Assembly (NCBI GenBank): GCA_964016885.1
Contig: OZ024741.1
Location: 110,298,001 to 110,362,000 of the forward strand
DNA length: 64,000 nt
Source of the DNA: Eledone cirrhosa
Taxonomy: Eukaryota
Direction of reading: 5' to 3'
Shown in pieces: positions 58,023 to 64,000 of the stretch (position 1 is its first letter; every line of letters starts with the position of its first letter). The notes under the pieces were generated by a model. The model saw only the letters and a list, made by a program, of their open reading frames with translations. It was not told the DNA's origin and did not search any database. The translations under genes and the position numbers were made by a program.

Positions 58023-58282
58023 ACTAAAGGTGGAAAACTGGGAGAGGGCACTTGCCTTGGTGGTCAGGGTCATTGTGGCTTTTTACTGGGCTTTCTCCAC
58101 AAATGTCTCTCCGAAGTCTCCCCCCTATTGGGGAATTTTTCATTGTTATTTTCATTGTTATTTTTGTTACATCCTCTGTTTTTGTTTTTTTACACGCAGA
58201 AATGCCCATTCGTACCGTCCTGCATTGTCCTGCACTGTCCTTAATGTCTACTTTATGTAAACCCTTGTGGTTAATAAAGAAA

Positions 58283-58338
<56 letters not shown>

Positions 58339-58878
58339 TCTAAAATGATTATATCTCTATATATATTCGCGGGCATAGATTATACTAATGGACAGAAAGA
58401 TGGGCTAGGGTGAAACTGGAACGAAAATAGTGAAAATGGAGAGCACAATTGTAGAGAGAGAGGGGGATGAAACACAGAGAGATAGAGTGAGAAAGAGAGA
58501 AAGAGAAAACAGAGAGAGAGCTAGACGCTAAAATGAGAACACAAATTGTCAATGAAAGAAACTGGCCACTTAGTCGAGCCAGTGTCTTGTTTTAGCTTCT
58601 AATCAAATGAATGCGAATGCCGGTTTTCCATTCGGTTTCCATTAGACGTGTCGCCATTGTGAAAGACAACATGGCGACCAGAATAACAAACCCATTACAG
58701 CAGAAGATATATATTCATTGCCGACATCTTCCTCTAGTTTACTGTGTGTTAAAGCCAATTTAAACTATAAACTATGATATCACAGTACGTTCTAGAAATG
58801 ATATTTTGAATCATATTTCTACTTTTATTTATTGTTTAACAATGTTTTCTTCACTTTATTTTCATTATTATTACTAAC

Positions 58879-59880
<1,002 letters not shown>

Positions 59881-61458
59881 AGTATATATAGTTGTAGTAA
59901 ATATAATTCAAAATTAATGGAAAATCTTTAATAAGGGTAATGGGCTTAGAAAAGGACTCAACAAATATGAAAATATATTCATATTTAAACCGATAATGTA
60001 TTGATATATATAGATGATTAAAATGAAAAGACTCTCAAAGATAAACAGGAGCTATCGATTGGCACCAAAGGAAAGGTAATAACTTTCGAAGGTATTATCA
60101 GAGGCAACGGAGAAAGTGAGTTGCTACATCTATCTCAAAAGAGAAGATGAATGGTGCACCTGACACATTGAGGTGGATGAAAATGTCTCGCTGAGTCATA
60201 ACACCAAACTCATCGAATTTCATGCTCTTCTGACGCGTTGAGATGGACAGTGTCACATCAGACTCCTCACCTAATGTTGTGCTGATGTACAGTTTTATCA
60301 CCTTCATCGATGGGTGACCCTAGGGAGCTCTGGTGTTGCAGTGGAAAGGGCCGAAACATTTACAGAGTTACTTCACCACCTGATGAGACATTGTCCTCTG
60401 CATTCGGAGATGAAATACAGCAGCATCCTCAGCACAGATCTGTGTTTACCAACCATTAGCATATATATTGAAATAAATACATTTAATCGAATATTTTTCG
60501 CCGAACACAAATTCGTGTTTCAAACAATCCTATGTATAAGATACATGTGTGAATGACGGAACGAGGGAATTGGTAGAAATATGTACTGATTACATACAGA
60601 TTGGTGAATATGAAAAGAAAACCCGGGAAAATACGAATGCAACCGAAATATCGATAAATGTTTTCCAACTTTTCTCTCTGCTAACTTCTGCACAAGATGA
60701 TTCAATCTCATAATAAACTACACAAATGTTATATAAAATAAACTTATAAAAATGGTCTGTTGAATTAGTAATGGAAATAAATATTTCACAAACGTAACGA
60801 ATGTATTTTTTATGAGGAGCGCTTTAGCGGAATGCTCAATAAATATGGAAACAAATTCTCTTTAGAACTAAGAGTATGATGCAATATAATGACGCTGTTT
60901 GTGTCTACTAAAGTTTCTATATAGCTCTTGCTGTAGAATAGTAAATTATCAAGTTGGCAGAGTGTTTCTTGTTTGTATATGTCGATCTTCCAGTCACCAT
61001 AGCGCCTCGATGTTTGGTATTTTGTTGATGACATCATTCCGGACATGTAGTTTCACAAGAACGACTTGTTCCGACGGGATTATTATTTTTAACTGAAGAC
61101 GAGGTAACTTACTGATAGTTATAGCCAAATATGTGGACCCAAAGCTGGACACGGAGATCCAGAAAGGTTGTCCATCAGAAAAGACATCCTTGAATATTGC
61201 TAAAAACGTTCTTATGTGGGTGGGTTGGAGGGAGGTTCAGTTTTTTTCTTATGGAAAAAGGTCATTAGTTCGGTCCCAATGGCGGAAACTCTCGGTATTA
61301 GCAAGTGAATCTAACTTTCATGCTGGTTCATCCTGTCACCGTTGGTCACTACACATACATAGATACATACATACATACATACAATCATACATACATACAT
61401 ACATACATACATACATACATACATACATACATACATACATACATACATACATACATAC

Positions 61459-63540
61459 ACTGTATGAATTATACACTGAGTGTCTTAATCTGTTCTTACA
61501 GGATCATTGTGCCACCAACAAAATTATATCACCTGAGCAGACTGGTGGAAAGAAGGAGGTGTGGGGCTGCATAGTTCACATACTAACAAATAAAATGATA
61601 CAGGAAAAAACAGCAAAGAATCGCTGGAACATGACTGTGGTGTGGCTGGACAATCAGAAGGCTTTTGATAGTGTACCTCATGGGTGGATTATTAAGGCTT
61701 TACAGTTAGCCAAAGTTCCACAACCACTAGTAGCTACTCTTGAACGCCTGACCAAGAACTGGTACACCAATTTGATCCTAAGGAGCAAATTAAGACTGAT
61801 AGAATACACTATTAGAAAGGCATCTTTCAGGGTGATAGCTTATCAGTACTGCTGTTCGTCCTCTCACTAAATCCACTATCATATCTGCTCACAAAACAAA
61901 GTGGTCATGGAAGTGGATCCAGAAGTATCTCCCATCTTTTCTTTGTTGATGACCTGAAGTTGTATGGGCCAAATATCTACTATATTAACAAACAATTCAA
62001 CTTCCTTGCACAATTTTCTGCAGACATCAGAATGTAATTTGGTGAGTCCAAATGTGCATATTTGACAGTAAAACGTGGAAGAGTTGTGCCCTCCTCTGGA
62101 AATCTAGAGATGAACGGCTTGACAATACAACCTCTACAGTCAGGTGACAACTACAGATAACTTGGACAGGGTGAGAATGTCAGATATGATGGACCCATAA
62201 ATAAAGAGAGAACCAAACCTGAATACCACAGGAGAGTAAAGAAAATATGGTCATCAGAACTATCAGCGTACAACAAATACATTGCCCACAATACTTATGC
62301 TGTGCCAATCCTAACGCCAACATTTGGCCTGCTGAACTGGTCATTGCAAGCACTAAGTGAGATGGATGTAAGAACTCGCAAGCTTCTCAGTGTTACTGGA
62401 AACTTTAACATCAATGGTGATGTGGATAGGCTATACTTCTCACACAAGGAAGGTGGCCGGGATCTAAAATCCATATTAAGATCATACGAGACCCGAATAG
62501 TAACACTAAAGCAATATCTTCAGCAGAAGAAAAAGGTCAACAGCCATCTTGCCCAGGTCTATGGGCATGAAGAAAATATCATTAGGATAGCTACTGATCT
62601 GGAGGAGAGATATGGAATAAGGCCTGATATAAATCTCTCTCCCAGAGACATTGGAAGATCCTATTCAATGTTCGAACAAGATAAAAAAAAATGGACCAAT
62701 TTACAGAGAAAGTTGGACATGGGTACCTGAGACGAAAAACACAGACCATAGAGGGAATAGATCATTCAAAAGGCCTGGCATGGAGTTCCGACAAGTTTAT
62801 GGCATCCCACCTTGAAGAATATCGGACAAGAAACCCCCTACCAAATATCTGCTACACAAAAGAGGAGGGCCATCAGTCGACAATAGATGTAGGCTTTGTA
62901 AAACAAAGATCGAAGATGTTAGCCACATTTTTGCCAACTGCGAAAGAATGTCGTCCCGTTACTACCTCCCTATGAGACACGGTGTGATAGCTAGAACCAT
63001 CTGGAGCGCACTTAGGAAAACAAAATTAAAAACAAATGAAGAGGAATATGTTGAGATAGATGGCACTAAAGAATACTGGTGGAACCTAAAAATAAAAACT
63101 GCCACCAAATTAAAGCATAACCGGCCTGATATTGTTGTTTAGGACCATACATTGAAAACGTGCTCTGTTGTAGATATCAGCTGCCCACTCGGTGTTAGCG
63201 TTGTAAGAAAAATACAAGACAAGGAGGACATCTACGTGTCATTGATGAGGAGTTTGCAGATCCAGTATCCAAGATACACTTTCAGCTTTATACCCATTAT
63301 TATTGGAGCTACAGGTTATATACCAACCCGCTTGGACCAAAGTATAACTGAACTTGGATTTGTGGACCAAGGGTGCAGCTCCCTAATTCATAGTCTACAA
63401 ATGGCTGTGATAGCTAGCACCTTCAAAATTTGCAAAACATTCTTGCGATTCAGAGGGTGACAATTTCTTTTCTTTTACAACCTTGCCACCAGGAAGGTAG
63501 CCGGTCAAAAATGACCTCTAAATTAAGAGAAAGAGAGACA
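61459..63540 (+). mobile_element. 5'-truncated, decayed R4/Dong-like LINE (RT + CCHC + restriction-like endonuclease) in (TACA)n
   Basis: EQTGGKKEVWGC, WLDNQKAFDSVPH, GIFQGDSLS, HLFFVDDLKLY, CRLC..EDVSHIFANC, NRPDIVV, DISCP; multiple stops and frameshifts; (TACA)n on both sides. Confidence 0.88.
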
Positions 63541-63597
63541 TACATACATACATACATACATACATACATACATACATACATACATACATACATACAT

Positions 63598-63843
63598 CAT
63601 CATTATTGGAGCTACGGGTTATATACCAACCCGCTTGGACCAAAGAATGACTGAACTTGGATTTACGAACAAAGAGCGCAGCTCCCTAATTCATAGTCTA
63701 CAAATGGCTGCGATAGCTGGCACCTTCAAAATTTGCAAAACATTCTTGCGATTCAAGGGATGACAATTTCTTTTCTTTTACAACCTTGCCACCAGGAAGG
63801 TGGTCGGTCAAAAAAATATACTCGAAATTAAGAGAAAGAGATA
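63598..63843 (+). mobile_element. Second, ~245-bp 3' fragment of the same R4-like family
   Basis: Diverged copy of ~63295-63540, again followed by (TACA)n up to ~63930. Confidence 0.88.
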
Positions 63844-64000
63844 ACATACATACACACATACATACATACATACATACATACATACATACATACATACATA
63901 CATACATACATACATACATACATACATACATTGTTGTGGAAAACACTATTGATAATAATAATCAAAAGTATAAACAATTGAAATTTTCCCTCAACGAAAT

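Larger units (their letters stand above)
52258..58338 (+). mobile_element. Tx1/L1-type copy 6 (6027 bp + (ATT)18)
   Basis: Same termini; unique flanking sequence resumes at 58339. Confidence 0.95.

Noticed and set aside
21869-58338. Interpreting the array as LTR/proviral repeats, CRISPR or a telomere
   Set aside because: There are no LTRs, integrase, protease or spacer-repeat structure, no TTAGGG, and unique DNA flanks both sides.
60057-61130. Possible coding or transposon remnants (short ORFs; CTGATGA at ~60380)
   Set aside because: No recognisable protein motif, and the CTGATGA lacks a downstream GAAA and stem III.
61133-61458. N-terminal half of the 245-aa ORF as part of the RT protein
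   Set aside because: It is a chance read-through of flank and (TACA)n; RT homology begins only at ~61460.

Overview
This is eukaryotic, AT- and microsatellite-rich intergenic or intronic DNA. The (TA)n/(CA)n/(TACA)n runs and tRNA-derived SINEs look cephalopod/Octopus-like, but that is inference. I can support no host gene. The dominant feature is a 36.5-kb head-to-tail array (21869-58338) of six full-length, near-identical ~6.03-kb L1/Tx1-type non-LTR retrotransposons. Each has ORF1 with a CCHC knuckle and a 1139-aa ORF2 (APE endonuclease, RT, zinc finger). Every copy starts at the same base and is bounded on both sides by (ATT)n, so the element appears to target a microsatellite that its own tail regenerates. 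The 5' UTR is highly structured, copies show mosaic SNP sharing, and a cryptic 53-nt intron would fuse ORF1 to ORF2 in frame. The left 21 kb holds a decayed Penelope-like (Naiad-type, YRDD/GIY-YIG) element with an inverted pLTR and a UGA at a conserved Cys. It also holds palindromic mini-derivatives of that element, several hammerhead ribozyme motifs, tandem non-autonomous Helitrons, Tc1/mariner MITEs, SINEs and an RTE-like fragment. The right end holds a decayed R4/Dong-like RLE LINE and a second truncated copy, both embedded in (TACA)n. All RNA structures were paired by eye, not computed.
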